64,000 nucleotides of DNA from NCBI GenBank assembly GCA_965237525.1, contig CBDEFO010000008.1, forward strand, positions 512,001 through 576,000. The letters are read 5' to 3'. The DNA comes from Candidatus Latescibacterota bacterium. Lineage in GTDB: Bacteria > Latescibacterota > CBDEFO01. The position numbers were made by a program, and so were the translations under genes. Shown here in pieces: positions 39,601-50,424 of this stretch. Position 1 is the first letter of the stretch. Each line of letters begins with the position of its first letter. The notes under the pieces are model-generated. The model did not search any database. It was not told the origin of the DNA and saw only the letters and a list, made by a program, of their open reading frames with translations.

Positions 39601-41340
39601 ATGGAATGGGATTGTCTTTGTGTAATAACTATTATGTTTTGCCTCGCGGCCGTTGTGCGTGATGCTGGTTGTGCCGAAAAGTCTGCGGCAGCGGAAGAAA
39701 CCGAGATCCTCAAGATCACCGTCGGCGATCCGACCCACCTCAGCCGTCTGGTTGGACAGAATACCGCCTCTTTGATGGTGTCGCGCACGGGCGTCGTGGC
39801 GGCGTTCTACCCAAAGCTGGTGGACAGTCCAAAGTTTTACCGGCTCTCAACCGACGGCGGGCACACGTGGAGTCAGGAGATGGATTCTCCACCTGAGCTG
39901 GGCGGCGGTCAGGACAGTGGGACACTGCGAGACGGCGGCGTCATCATGCCGACGAACGATCCGCAGCCCTCAGCCAGTGGCAAAGAAGGCTGGTACGACG
40001 TGATGTTCGTGCGCTTTGCGGACGATATGATGAGCTGGGAGTCCGAAGCAGTCGAGATTTACGTGCCCAACGCCGGCCCGACCTCGCTGGACATTAAGCA
40101 CCCCGCCCTCTCAAAGGGCAAAATGGTGCAGCTCCCGAACGGCGACATGCTGGCGCCGATGTTTGGCGGCTTCAAAGGCGACAGCGAAAGTATCCATCGG
40201 GCGGTCATAGTCCGGTCAACAGATCAGGGATGCACCTGGGAGTTCTACGCCTCCATTGCTTATGATCCGGTGGACCCGCATCCGGAGCTTCCCGGCCAAT
40301 ATTTAAGCGCCTGCGAACCGAGCATCACGCTGTTGCCCAACGGCAAGATGGTGGCGATGCTGCGAACGCAATATTCGCACTATCACGGCGAATACAAGCC
40401 CATGGCGGTGTGCTGGTCCGACGATCTGGGAGTGACGTGGACAAAACCGGCGGCTACCCAGCCGCACCTGATGAACATCTCGCCGACGCTGGCCGCGCTG
40501 GACAACGGCGTGGTGGCCTGTCAATACGGCCGGCCCGGGTTTCATGTCGCCTTCAGCACGGACGACGGGCATATCTGGGGTGACCGCGTAAGCTTTTCAG
40601 ATCTTCCATGCGGTGTCATTACCGGCCAGTTTGACATGATCAAAGTCGGCCCCAACGAACTGGTCGCTATCGGAAGCGACAAGGACGGTGTGAAGGTGTG
40701 GCCGCTATCTGTTGAAAGGCTCATGGTTGGGCCTGGGCACGTAACTTTGACCGGCCGAGTATCGGGTGAAGGACTTGCGCCGGTGGCGGGCGCCCTGGTC
40801 GAACTAGGCCCCAACCGATATACGGACGACGATTGGCTGGAGCACGCCACCAAATTGGGCCCCTGGAAAGCAACCCCACTTACCATCGGCTCTCCGGCGC
40901 TGGGATACAGATCTATCCGAAAGGAGAACGGCTATCCAACAGTGCAGACGGATGCTGAGGGAGAGTTCCGATTCGAGTCCGTCAAACTCGGCGAATATGT
41001 CCTGACGGTTGAAGCCGAGGGTTACGCCCCGGAGCAACGTCACATCAAGCTGGATCCGGAAGTCAGGCCGGAGCACTTCAGGCTCAAGCCAGGGCGGATC
41101 GTGCGCGGAAAGGTCGTGGATGAGCGCGGTAAAACTATCGGTGGCGTCTGCGTCGTGCTGAATCTCTGGCACTGCCACACCGACCCCAGCGGATTCTACC
41201 ACTGGTCGGTCGAATCTCCCCCGCCAGAGCAGGTGACCATGCGAGTCTACAAGCGGTACAGTGGTCCATACGAGACACTCAAGGCAACAGTGCCGTTCTC
41301 AGAGCTGGAGCGCCAGCCGATCACATTGAAGAACAGATAA
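39601..41340 (+). CDS. Secreted exo-sialidase-like protein, copy 2
   Basis: Paralog of copy 1 with four Asp boxes and the same C-terminus RQPITLKNR. Confidence 0.85.
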   Translation: MEWDCLCVITIMFCLAAVVRDAGCAEKSAAAEETEILKITVGDPTHLSRLVGQNTASLMVSRTGVVAAFYPKLVDSPKFYRLSTDGGHTWSQEMDSPPELGGGQDSGTLRDGGVIMPTNDPQPSASGKEGWYDVMFVRFADDMMSWESEAVEIYVPNAGPTSLDIKHPALSKGKMVQLPNGDMLAPMFGGFKGDSESIHRAVIVRSTDQGCTWEFYASIAYDPVDPHPELPGQYLSACEPSITLLPNGKMVAMLRTQYSHYHGEYKPMAVCWSDDLGVTWTKPAATQPHLMNISPTLAALDNGVVACQYGRPGFHVAFSTDDGHIWGDRVSFSDLPCGVITGQFDMIKVGPNELVAIGSDKDGVKVWPLSVERLMVGPGHVTLTGRVSGEGLAPVAGALVELGPNRYTDDDWLEHATKLGPWKATPLTIGSPALGYRSIRKENGYPTVQTDAEGEFRFESVKLGEYVLTVEAEGYAPEQRHIKLDPEVRPEHFRLKPGRIVRGKVVDERGKTIGGVCVVLNLWHCHTDPSGFYHWSVESPPPEQVTMRVYKRYSGPYETLKATVPFSELERQPITLKNR

Positions 41341-41468
41341 CTGGATAACCAGATTTGACGGTCAAGAAGGCATAACACCTCCTACCTTCAGTAATTGCGA
41401 GGCGCTTAACCCCGAAGCAATCTCGGAGGAATTGTTCCTTGATTCCTTAGCCGAAAGGAGCACCAGAT

Positions 41469-42794
41469 ATGAGAGTATTTTCAAAAGTTTTCGTGATTCC
41501 ATTCCTATGTTTGACCTTTGCCGCAAAGTGCTTTTCCCCAGAAACATCTGAATGGGAAACCCTAAACGAAAAGGCAACAAGCCTCTACGAACAAGGTCAG
41601 TATGAGGAAGCAGTTAAGTTTGCGAAAGAGGCTTTGAAAATAGCTGAGGAAACTTTCGGTCCAGACCATCCCAATATGGCGCTCTCCCTGAACAATCTGG
41701 GGGAATTGTACAGAACTCAGGGCGAGTATGTCGAGGCTGAGCCCCTTTACAAGCGGTCACTGGCAATATTGGAAAAATCCCTTGGGAAAGACCACCCCGA
41801 TGTGGCGCAATCCCTGAACAATCTGGCATTGCTTTATAATACCCAGGGCAAGTATGCCGAGGCTGAGCCCCCTTTCAAGAGAGCACTGGCAATAGCAGAG
41901 AAAGCCCTTGGGAAAGACCACCCCGATGTGGCGACCTCCCTGAACAATCTGGCGGGACTTTATGTGGCTCAGGGCAAGTATGCTGAGGCTGAGCCCCTTC
42001 ACAAGCGAGCACTGGCAATATGGGAAAAAGCCCTTGGAAAAGACCATCCTACAGTGGCGAGCTCCCTAAACAATCTGGCGGGACTTTATGTGGCTCAGGG
42101 CAAGTATGCTGAGGCTGAGCCTCTTTACAAGAGGTCACTGGCAATATTGGAAAAATCCCTTGGGAAAGACCATCCCGATCTGGCGCTCTCCCTGAACAAT
42201 CTGGCGTTACTTTATCAAGATCAGGGCAAGTATGCCGAGGCTGGGCCCCTTTACAAGCGGTCACTGGCAATAAAGGAAAAAGCCCTTGGAAAAGACCATC
42301 CCGATGTGGCGCTCTCCCTGAACAATCTGGCAGCACTTTACTATGATCAGGGAAAGTATGCCGAGGCTGAGCCCCTTCAGAAGCGAGCACTGGCAATATG
42401 GGAAGAAGTCCTGGGAAAAGACCACCCCCACGTGGCGACCTCCCTGAACAATCTGGCATTGCTTTATAATACCCAGGGAAAGTATGCCGAGGCTGAGCCC
42501 CTTCACAAGCGGTCACTGGCAATAAGGGAAAAAGCTCTTGGGAAAGACCACCCCGATGTGGCAACCTCCCTGCACAATCTAGCGTTACTTTATAAGACCC
42601 AGGGGAAGTATGCCGAGGCTGAGCCCCTTTACAAGCGGTCACTGGCAATATGGGAAAAAGCCCTTGGAAACGATCACCCCCACGTGGCGACTTCCCTCGC
42701 GAACATGGCAGATCTTTACAAGAAGATTGGAAAGGAAGATGAAGCCAAGAGGTTGGAAGAACGTGCAGAAGGAATTCGTTCAAGAAACCAGTGA
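41469..42794 (+). CDS. Secreted 42-aa TPR repeat protein (8 full repeats plus caps)
   Basis: 126-bp tandem units HPxVAxSLNNLAxLYxxQGKYAEAEPLxKRxLAIxEKALGKD; N-terminal signal. Confidence 0.93.
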   Translation: MRVFSKVFVIPFLCLTFAAKCFSPETSEWETLNEKATSLYEQGQYEEAVKFAKEALKIAEETFGPDHPNMALSLNNLGELYRTQGEYVEAEPLYKRSLAILEKSLGKDHPDVAQSLNNLALLYNTQGKYAEAEPPFKRALAIAEKALGKDHPDVATSLNNLAGLYVAQGKYAEAEPLHKRALAIWEKALGKDHPTVASSLNNLAGLYVAQGKYAEAEPLYKRSLAILEKSLGKDHPDLALSLNNLALLYQDQGKYAEAGPLYKRSLAIKEKALGKDHPDVALSLNNLAALYYDQGKYAEAEPLQKRALAIWEEVLGKDHPHVATSLNNLALLYNTQGKYAEAEPLHKRSLAIREKALGKDHPDVATSLHNLALLYKTQGKYAEAEPLYKRSLAIWEKALGNDHPHVATSLANMADLYKKIGKEDEAKRLEERAEGIRSRNQ

Positions 42795-42898
42795 TGACAA
42801 TGCGGCCATCTGTTTCCCGCCGTGGTGAACGTGAACAGCAACGAGGGCAATCTCTGAGGAATTATTGCTTGATTCCTTAGTCGATAGGAGTAGCAGAC

Positions 42899-44350
42899 AT
42901 GAGAGCATTTTCAAAAGTTTTCGTGATTCCATTCCTATGTTTGACCTTGGCCGTAAACTGCTTTTCCCCAGAAACATCTGAATGGGAAAGATTAAACGAA
43001 AAGGCAAGAAGCCTCTACGAACAAGGTCAGTATGAGGAAGCAGTTAAGTTTGCCAAAGAGGCTTTGAAAATAGCTGAGGAAACTTTCGGTCCAGATCACC
43101 CTGATGTAGCGCAATCCCTGAACAATCTGGCGGCACTATATGATTCTCAGGGCAAGTATGCCGAGGCTGAGCCCCTTCACAAACGGTCACTGGCAATATG
43201 GGAAAAAGCTCTTGGGGAAGACCACCCCGATGTGGCAACCTCCCTGAACAATCTGGCGGCACTATATGATTCTCAGGGCAAGTATGCCGAGGCTGAGCCC
43301 CTTCACAAGCGAGCACTGGCAATATGGGAAAAAGCTCTTGGGGAAGACCACCCCGATGTGGCGCACTCCCTGAACAATCTGGGGGAATTGTACAGAACTC
43401 AGGGAAAGTATGCCGAGGCTGAGCCTCTTTACAAGAGGTCACTGGCAATATTGGAAAAAGCCCTTGGGAAAGACCACCCCAATGTGGCGCTCTCCCTGAA
43501 CAATCTGGCATTGCTTTATAATACCCAGGGCAAGTATGCTGAGGCTGAGCCTCTTTACAAGAGGTCACTGGCAATAGCAGAGAAAGCCCTTGGGAAAGAC
43601 CACCCCAATGTGGCGACCTCCCTAAACAATCTGGCGGAACTTTATTCTTACCAGGGCAAGTATGCCGAGGCTGAGCCCCTTCACAAGCGAGCACTGGCAA
43701 TATGGGAAAGAGCCCCTGGAAAAGACCACCCCAATGTGGCGACCTCCCTGGACAATCTAGCGGGACTTTATGAATCTCAGGGCAAGTATGCCGAGGCTGA
43801 GCCCCTTTTCAAGAGAGCACTGGCAATAGCAGAGAAAGCCCTTGGAAAAGACCACCCCAATGTGGCGACCTCCCTGAACAATCTGGCAGCACTTTACCAT
43901 GCTCAGGGAAAGTATGCCGATGCTGAGCCCCTTTTCAAGAGAGCACTGGCAATATTGGAAAAAGTCCTTGGGAAAGACCACCCCAATGTGGCGCTCTCCC
44001 TGAACAATCTGGCGGGACTTTATGTGTCTCAGGGCAAGTATGCCGATGCTGAGCCCCTTTTCAAGAGAGCACTGGCAATAGCAGAGAAAGCCCTTGGAAA
44101 CGATCACCCCCACCTGGCGCTCTCCCTGAACAATCTGGCATTGCTTTATAATGCCCAGGGAAAGTATGCCGAGGCTGAGCCTCTTTACAAGCGGTCACTG
44201 GCAATATACGAGAAATCCCTTGGCAAAGACCATCCCAATGTAGCGACCTCCCTGAACAATCTGTCAGAGCTTTACAAGAAGATTGGAAAGGAAGATGAAG
44301 CCAAAAGGTTGGAAGAGCGTGCAGAAGGAATTCGTTCAAGAAACCAGTAA
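42899..44350 (+). CDS. Secreted 42-aa TPR repeat protein (9 full repeats plus caps)
   Basis: Tandem paralog exactly 42 aa longer, with near-identical caps. Confidence 0.93.
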   Translation: MRAFSKVFVIPFLCLTLAVNCFSPETSEWERLNEKARSLYEQGQYEEAVKFAKEALKIAEETFGPDHPDVAQSLNNLAALYDSQGKYAEAEPLHKRSLAIWEKALGEDHPDVATSLNNLAALYDSQGKYAEAEPLHKRALAIWEKALGEDHPDVAHSLNNLGELYRTQGKYAEAEPLYKRSLAILEKALGKDHPNVALSLNNLALLYNTQGKYAEAEPLYKRSLAIAEKALGKDHPNVATSLNNLAELYSYQGKYAEAEPLHKRALAIWERAPGKDHPNVATSLDNLAGLYESQGKYAEAEPLFKRALAIAEKALGKDHPNVATSLNNLAALYHAQGKYADAEPLFKRALAILEKVLGKDHPNVALSLNNLAGLYVSQGKYADAEPLFKRALAIAEKALGNDHPHLALSLNNLALLYNAQGKYAEAEPLYKRSLAIYEKSLGKDHPNVATSLNNLSELYKKIGKEDEAKRLEERAEGIRSRNQ

Positions 44351-44351
44351 T

Positions 44352-44455
44352 GGCAACAGTGCCGTTCCCGCAGCTGAAACGTCAGCCGATCACCTTGAAG
44401 AACAGATAACTCGATAGCCAGATTTTCCGCCGAAGAAGTACTGAAAGGAGTTGAC
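44352..44455 (+). repeat. Orphan copy of the sialidase 3' end and spacer/RBS
   Basis: Matches 41283-41356 and about 39500-39600. Confidence 0.85.
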
Positions 44456-46330
44456 ATGCAATCCAACTACGCTGTGACAAACCGTGCTGGGGATGTGGAT
44501 CCAGGCGCTCAACTGGTTGAGGAACTCCTGGCGCACCGCAGAACCGAAAAAGCGCGCTGGCAACCTATGAGCTTTGATCTGGAGGATATGGCGATCCTCT
44601 CGTTGAATGCCTACACCCGTGCTCTGGATGAGAATTCAGATTACCTGCTGTGGATGGCGGCTTGGTATGACCGCAGGCCGCTGGCCCAGCGGCATACACA
44701 TAGCGACGGCAATCAGATGCCTAAGTACGCAGAAGGGATCGCCCTGATGCGCCTGATGACCGGCAGCACGATGAACCGTGAAATCGATGCTAAGATATGG
44801 AAATGGATCGACGACCGTACCGGGGAAGACGGCCTGATTTACAAACAACCGGGCCAGGCCGACGCGTACGGTAATGGCAGAGCACTGCTGGCCCGCATCC
44901 TTGAGTACTGCTTGAGCGGTTCATCCGGACAGCCAGATGCCATAGAAAAAACGATCGACACGCTGTGGGACAAGGTCTATGTGCAAGGTGATCGCGATGC
45001 GCCGTACAGCTATTGCATTTTCCCACGAGTCTGGGACGGCGGCTCGCAGGTCAATGCAGATACGGCGGACTGGCCTATCTATAACGCCTCGCTCATCGCT
45101 TCCATGGTCAAGTGGTACGAGATGACCGGCAGCGCCAGGGCATTGGATCTGGCGCGATGGATGACCAACAGTATTCTGCGCGATGGCGAGATTGCAGAAG
45201 ATGGGTCGTGGCAGGGCTGGTTCCATCCTTTCGTACACGCCGGAATCGCGATGCTTGAGTATGCCCGGGTGACTAAAGACGAAGTCTTATGCCGAAGGAT
45301 GCGGGGCTTCTATGAAAGTGGGCGTAGCCAGGGAACGAGCCATGGTGTTTTTCCCGAACAGCCCACCGGACTATGGGTTTCGAAGATCGGTAATGAGGGA
45401 TGCTGTACGGTGGATATGTGCAACCTGGCGATAGCGCTTTCCCGCGCGGGTCTGGGCGATTATTGGGACGATGTGGATCGCTATCTAAGGAATCAATTGA
45501 CCGAGGCTCAGATGAAGAGAACCGATTTCCTCGAGCGGATTCCGAAAAGCAATATCGTCCACATTCCAATTCGCCCCGAGCTTCAGGAGGCGGAAATAGA
45601 GGATTTCACGCGGTACATCGGATCGCTATCAGGGTGGGCAGCGCCAAACGATTATGCCAGCGCGGCCCATTTGTGGTTGCAGCAATGCTGTACGGGAAAC
45701 ATCGGGCGGGCGATTTATGCGGGCTTTGAGAGCATCGTCACACGGGAGGATAATCTCCATAAGATCAATCTCCTCATCAACCGATCAACCAAGGAATTGG
45801 ATATTGACAGCTATCTGCCCTGGGAGGGAAAGGTGGTTGTCAGTGTGAAGCACCCGGTCAAATTGGCCGTCCGCATGCCGCATTACGTGGCCCTTCAGGA
45901 CGTCGTCACAAAGTTAAATGACATGCCCATCCAACGGTCACTTGACTGGAACGGACGATATGTCCAATGCTCCTGTAAGGCAGGGGACACGATCGAGCTG
46001 CTCTTTCAGGTACCTGAATACACACAAACGTTTGCGTGGCCCGGCCGTCCCGAACTCGTCCTGAAACATTCCATTACCGACGAGAATAGCGGCGGAGGAA
46101 TGGATAATCCTCGGACAGTTCACGAAGCGAATAAGAACCCTGAATTGGTCAAAGAATTACTGGAGCCCGTTGAGTACAAGATTACGTATCGTGGAAACAC
46201 GGTAGTGGACGTTGATCCAAATGGGTCGATCTATCCGATCTACGAGCGCGATCACATGCGACTCGGAAAAGCTCCGATAAGCCGATATGAACGATTCGTA
46301 CCAACAGAGGATCTGGTCAATTGGCCTTGA
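44456..46330 (+). CDS. GH127-like (beta-L-arabinofuranosidase-like) protein
   Basis: EGCC and CCTGN Zn/cysteine motifs, RNQL, SYLPWEG.V, VRMP. Confidence 0.7.
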   Translation: MQSNYAVTNRAGDVDPGAQLVEELLAHRRTEKARWQPMSFDLEDMAILSLNAYTRALDENSDYLLWMAAWYDRRPLAQRHTHSDGNQMPKYAEGIALMRLMTGSTMNREIDAKIWKWIDDRTGEDGLIYKQPGQADAYGNGRALLARILEYCLSGSSGQPDAIEKTIDTLWDKVYVQGDRDAPYSYCIFPRVWDGGSQVNADTADWPIYNASLIASMVKWYEMTGSARALDLARWMTNSILRDGEIAEDGSWQGWFHPFVHAGIAMLEYARVTKDEVLCRRMRGFYESGRSQGTSHGVFPEQPTGLWVSKIGNEGCCTVDMCNLAIALSRAGLGDYWDDVDRYLRNQLTEAQMKRTDFLERIPKSNIVHIPIRPELQEAEIEDFTRYIGSLSGWAAPNDYASAAHLWLQQCCTGNIGRAIYAGFESIVTREDNLHKINLLINRSTKELDIDSYLPWEGKVVVSVKHPVKLAVRMPHYVALQDVVTKLNDMPIQRSLDWNGRYVQCSCKAGDTIELLFQVPEYTQTFAWPGRPELVLKHSITDENSGGGMDNPRTVHEANKNPELVKELLEPVEYKITYRGNTVVDVDPNGSIYPIYERDHMRLGKAPISRYERFVPTEDLVNWP

Positions 46331-46500
46331 AGGAGCAGTGAGAGAAGATCAATGACGTTGAACAAAGTCATTCTAAAATTCTTCTTCCACATCTGACGGC
46401 GAATGATTCCGTGACAGGGATTGACTTTTTCATCTTCAGATGGCGTTTCGCTCGGCTCGTGGCTATGGGCGACCGACAACCGGTCCGTCGCGTCATTGTT

Positions 46501-47243
46501 TCGCATCTGCCTGAGCCGATCGTTACGGGTCAGTTCGACATGATCAAAGTCGGCCCCAACAAGCTGGTCGCGATCGGGAACGACAAAGATGGCGTGAAGG
46601 TGTGGCCGCTCTCCGTTGAAAGGGTCATGGTCACGCCTGCGCGCGTCACTTTGACCGGCCGAGTGCTGGATGAAAGAGGTGGACCGGTGGCGGGTGCGCG
46701 GGTCGAAAGAGGCCCCAGCCGGTATGCGGCCGACGATTGTCTGGAGCACCCCACCGAATTGGGACCCTGGAAAGCCAACCCGCTGACAATCGGCTCTCCG
46801 GTACTGGGATACAGATCCATTCGCAAGATAAACGGATATCCAACGGTTCAGACGGACAAAGAGGGCCAGTTCCGGTTCGAGTCCGTCAAACTTGGCGAAT
46901 ATGTCCTGACGGTTGAAGCTGAGGGTTACGCCCCATAGCAACGTCACATCCAGGTCCAGCCGGAAGCCAGGCCGCAGGACTTCAGGCTCAAGCCGAGGCG
47001 GCTCGTGCGCCGAAGGGTCGTGGATGAGCGTGGCAAAACTATTGGTGGCGTCTGCGTCGTGCTGAATAGCTGGCACTGCCACACCGACCCCAGCGGCTTC
47101 TTTCACTGGTCAGTCAAATCGCCACGCCGGAGCAGGTGACGATGCGAGTCTACAAGCGGTACAGCGGTCAATACGAGACACTCAAGGCAACAGTGTCGTT
47201 CTCGCAGCTGGCGCACCAGCCGAGCACCTTGAGGAACAGATAA
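46501..47243 (+). pseudogene. Third sialidase-like copy, 3' half only
   Basis: Close match to the C-terminal half of copy 2; TAG at 46936-46938 where copy 2 has GAG, plus a later frameshift. Confidence 0.85.
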
Positions 47244-47538
47244 TTGCACGGTAACGAGTAGCGTCAAGAGCTAGGCTGGAAGAGGACTCGATATGAGCCT
47301 ATTGGGTAGCCATCAAGCCGTTTTGGAGATTCAATAAGGAAACGGCAATCCACCCAACGCTGGCCGAGGAGGGGGTCGAACTGACCAGGAAGGGGCTGCT
47401 GCGGGTGGACCAGTTGCTGCCCGAGTTCTACGATTCCAAATAAAAGAATGCGCGCTATTCCTGAAAGGATTCATACCGATGTAGATGGAGTTCCACGAAC
47501 TGTGGGAATATCTGAAAAGGAGTTGACTATGAAAAATA

Positions 47539-48818
47539 TGACGTGAACCCATTTTTCTGAGCACGAAAACGGACGGGTTAAGCAAGTTTTTTGCAATCTT
47601 GTGCTTCATACTGTGCCTTGAATTCTCCAGGCGTCAGATAACCCAGTGCTGAGTGGATACGCTGGTGATTGTAAACCACATCCAGAAAGTGACTCAAATG
47701 CACCAAGGCATCCTCAAGATCCACGTATTCTTGCTGCCATACCTCCTCATCCTTCAGGTGACCAATCGCGCTTTCCACAAACGGATTCTCCCAAGCTTTT
47801 CCTTTGGATGCCATGCTTATCTCGGCACCTACTTCCCAAAGCCCTTGACAATAGCTATGCGCAGTGTATTGAGACCCTCGATCCGAATGGTGTATCTGTG
47901 GCCGGTGTCCTCTCTGGAATGCTTTGAAAAGTGCTTCTTGCGTCAAGGCCCCAGACAAACTACGACTCAAAGCCCAACCCCGTACCATACGGGTAAAGAT
48001 ATCCAAAACCAGAGCAAGATAAAGCATAGAACCGTTCGCCAAGAAAATGTAGGTGATGTCCGCACACCATACCTGGTCAGGACGTTTGATCTTAAGACCC
48101 TTCAACAGATTGGGGAAAGGAGGCTCGTGGGCCTTGCCTTCGGTCGTTAGCACCTTACGCCGTCTGGGCTGTACCAACAAGCCCATCTGTTTCATCAACC
48201 GTAGAACCCTTTTATGGTTCACCCGGTATTGTCCCCTGTGGAGCATCGGGGTCACCCTCCGATACCCGTAACGACAATGGTGTAAACAGACGCCCCCAAT
48301 CGCCTTTCTCAGTCCCTGGTCATCTGAAACCTCACAAGTATAATAAAAGCTGCTACGTGCCAAACCTATTACGTTACACAATAAACCGATGTCAAACTCA
48401 TTCTCCACTTGACGGACCAACTCCTTCTTCTGGGCTACCGAAAGGCGAAGTAGCCGGAGAGTTTTTTTGAGGCTTCTAACTCCAGGGTCAAACACCCTAC
48501 AAGACGCTCTAACTCTCTAATGCGTTGCGCCTCGACACTGGCTTGTTGGGAGTTGATCTCAAATATCTTGGGAGCTCGATCAACAAATTGCTGTCGCCAC
48601 CGGGTCAACAACGACTCACTCAAGTCGCGCTCCCGACAGATCTGGGCAGGACTCTTACGACCACTTAACACATCCAATACACACTCAAGCTTGAACTCAT
48701 GAGTGAAGATACGACGTTTAGATGACATGACAACCCCTTTCTGGACTCTCTTTAAACCTTTACATCAGTAATTATAAAACTTGCTAAGGCATCTGTCCAG
48801 TCTTTGGGGTTCACGTCA
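47539..48818 (-). mobile_element. IS3 family insertion sequence
   Basis: TIR TGACGTGAACCC at both ends; orfA/orfB arrangement; no target duplication visible. Confidence 0.92.
47578..48728 (-). CDS. IS3 transposase OrfAB via -1 frameshift
   Basis: orfA HTH at 48435-48728; orfB YGYRR, W.ADITY, HHSDRGSQY, R.HSALGY; A7 slippery run at 48462-48468. Confidence 0.9.
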
Positions 48819-49169
48819 ACCCACTGTCAGGATCTTCTCAAGCCGCTGGCGGGTTTCCTTCTGAAGCTTCTCCATCTCATCCCCTAACTCGGTCATGCCC
48901 TGGCGGCCCTGTTCCCGAGCTTTCTTTAGGATCTCTTGCCGCTTCTCACCCTGTTCTTTAAGAATTTGAAGAACCTTGTCCTCCTGATCTTCGGTGAGCT
49001 TGAGCCGCTCTTTCATCCTGGACATGATTCTATCAGTAACTTTGTCGGTGGTGTCGCGTCGTGCACGTGCGTTGCCTTGTCCGTACACCAGCGAGGTCGC
49101 CAGGACGCTGAAGAGAAAGATGAAGGCACCCCTTCGGGCTAAGCGGTTTACAAAAGAGGTGCTATTCAT
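48816..49169 (-). pseudogene. Secreted Spy/CpxP-like protein truncated by IS3
   Basis: Signal peptide, L.LTEDQ; frame ends at KILT at the IS boundary. Confidence 0.65.
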
Positions 49170-49345
49170 GATGTCCTCCTTAGTTTTTAGCCTCAGACAG
49201 AGGCCGTTGATGATGCTGTTTCTTCGAGCAGATCTTCAAAGGTATAATCGTTATATGCTTTGTCAGCATAGATTTGACTTTCTTGGGGAAAGAGAAAAAA
49301 AGGGATCTAACATCTGTAAATTCGACCTGATGGATGTTTAGATCC

Positions 49346-50200
49346 CTATTGACTGAATAACGGGTTATTTTGAAAGCGTACTTCCTGCTGTTCTATCACC
49401 CTGTACGACCTTGATCTCCCATACATATGCTCGCCGTGCCTTCGTCTCATTCTCTCTCTGGACTCCTTGGCCCCTTGGAGGAGTTCTGTCAGCTCGGCTC
49501 CCTGCTCTTGGTCAAGTATGTCGAGTATGTTTTGCAGTGTGGCCTGTTCGATCTCTTCTATTTGGGCTCTGGAGGCGTGTTTGTCAACGTCATCTGATCC
49601 GAACTCTCCTCTCAAGGCCATTATCTGGTCTTTCTGGCCTTCCAATATCTGTTTTATATTCTCCAGTTGTTCATCTGTAGGATCGACAGCGTTGATGGCC
49701 CTTAATAGGGGATGCCCTTCGGGATGTCTTTGCCCCTCTCTGGGACGGCGATGCTGCCTTTGTGTTCTGGCTTCGATTTCTTCAAATTTTGCCTTCTGCT
49801 CTTCGTTCAGCAGGGCCACTATCTGTTCTCTTTCTTTCTGGAGGAGTTCTTCCACAGCCTCTTTGATCTGGTCACGAGGCACTCCGCTGTCCTTATTTTG
49901 CTGAATGAGAGCCTGCACCTCTTGTCGGCTCGTTTCTCTGATCTGCTTGATGGCCTCCAGTTGTTCCTCGGAAAGGCCGAGATAAGCAGCTATACGCTCC
50001 GAACGTCCCTCTGCTTCGCCATCTATAATCGGGCGTCCGGCGGGCTCTACGTCGTCGAGATCACCCGTAAGCGCTGAGTTGCTTATGTTTTCTAATCCTG
50101 TGACGGCGCCCGTGGGGATACCGGTTGTGTCCTGGCCGCATCCGGAGAGAACAAAAAGTCCTGCTGTAAGAATTCCGAAGGTGAAAATACGTCTGAGCAT
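49346..50200 (-). CDS. Lipoprotein with two Spy/CpxP-like LTXXQ repeats
   Basis: Lipobox LSGC; LSEEQ, LNEEQ, PTDEQ, LDQEQ. Confidence 0.7.
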   Translation of the reverse strand: MLRRIFTFGILTAGLFVLSGCGQDTTGIPTGAVTGLENISNSALTGDLDDVEPAGRPIIDGEAEGRSERIAAYLGLSEEQLEAIKQIRETSRQEVQALIQQNKDSGVPRDQIKEAVEELLQKEREQIVALLNEEQKAKFEEIEARTQRQHRRPREGQRHPEGHPLLRAINAVDPTDEQLENIKQILEGQKDQIMALRGEFGSDDVDKHASRAQIEEIEQATLQNILDILDQEQGAELTELLQGAKESRERMRRRHGEHMYGRSRSYRVIEQQEVRFQNNPLFSQ

Positions 50201-50272
50201 CGGTTTTCCCTCCTTGTTTTGTGAGTTTTATACAGCTACATATGTATAGAGCACTCCTACTTTCACCTGTTT

Positions 50273-50300
50273 TAGACGCATAGCAAGGCGAAATGGTTTA
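50273..50300 (-). promoter_or_regulatory. Possible ECF-sigma promoter
   Basis: TAAACC-16 nt-CGTCTA upstream of the Spy-like lipoprotein. Confidence 0.35.
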
Positions 50301-50424
50301 ATACAATTTTAACCGTTGAGACTCATTCTATCAGAAAGAGGCCAACTATCAGCTAAACGCTGATACGCTCGTCGCCTACAAGTTCAGTTCACGAACAATG
50401 TAGATCCTGTATATGTTCAGATGC

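Noticed and set aside
42049..43700. Long antisense Cys/Pro-rich repeat ORFs
   Set aside because: Shadow frames of the TPR repeats
41469..44350. Diversity-generating retroelement acting on the TPR genes
   Set aside because: No reverse transcriptase or template repeat in the window, and the variation is not adenine-specific
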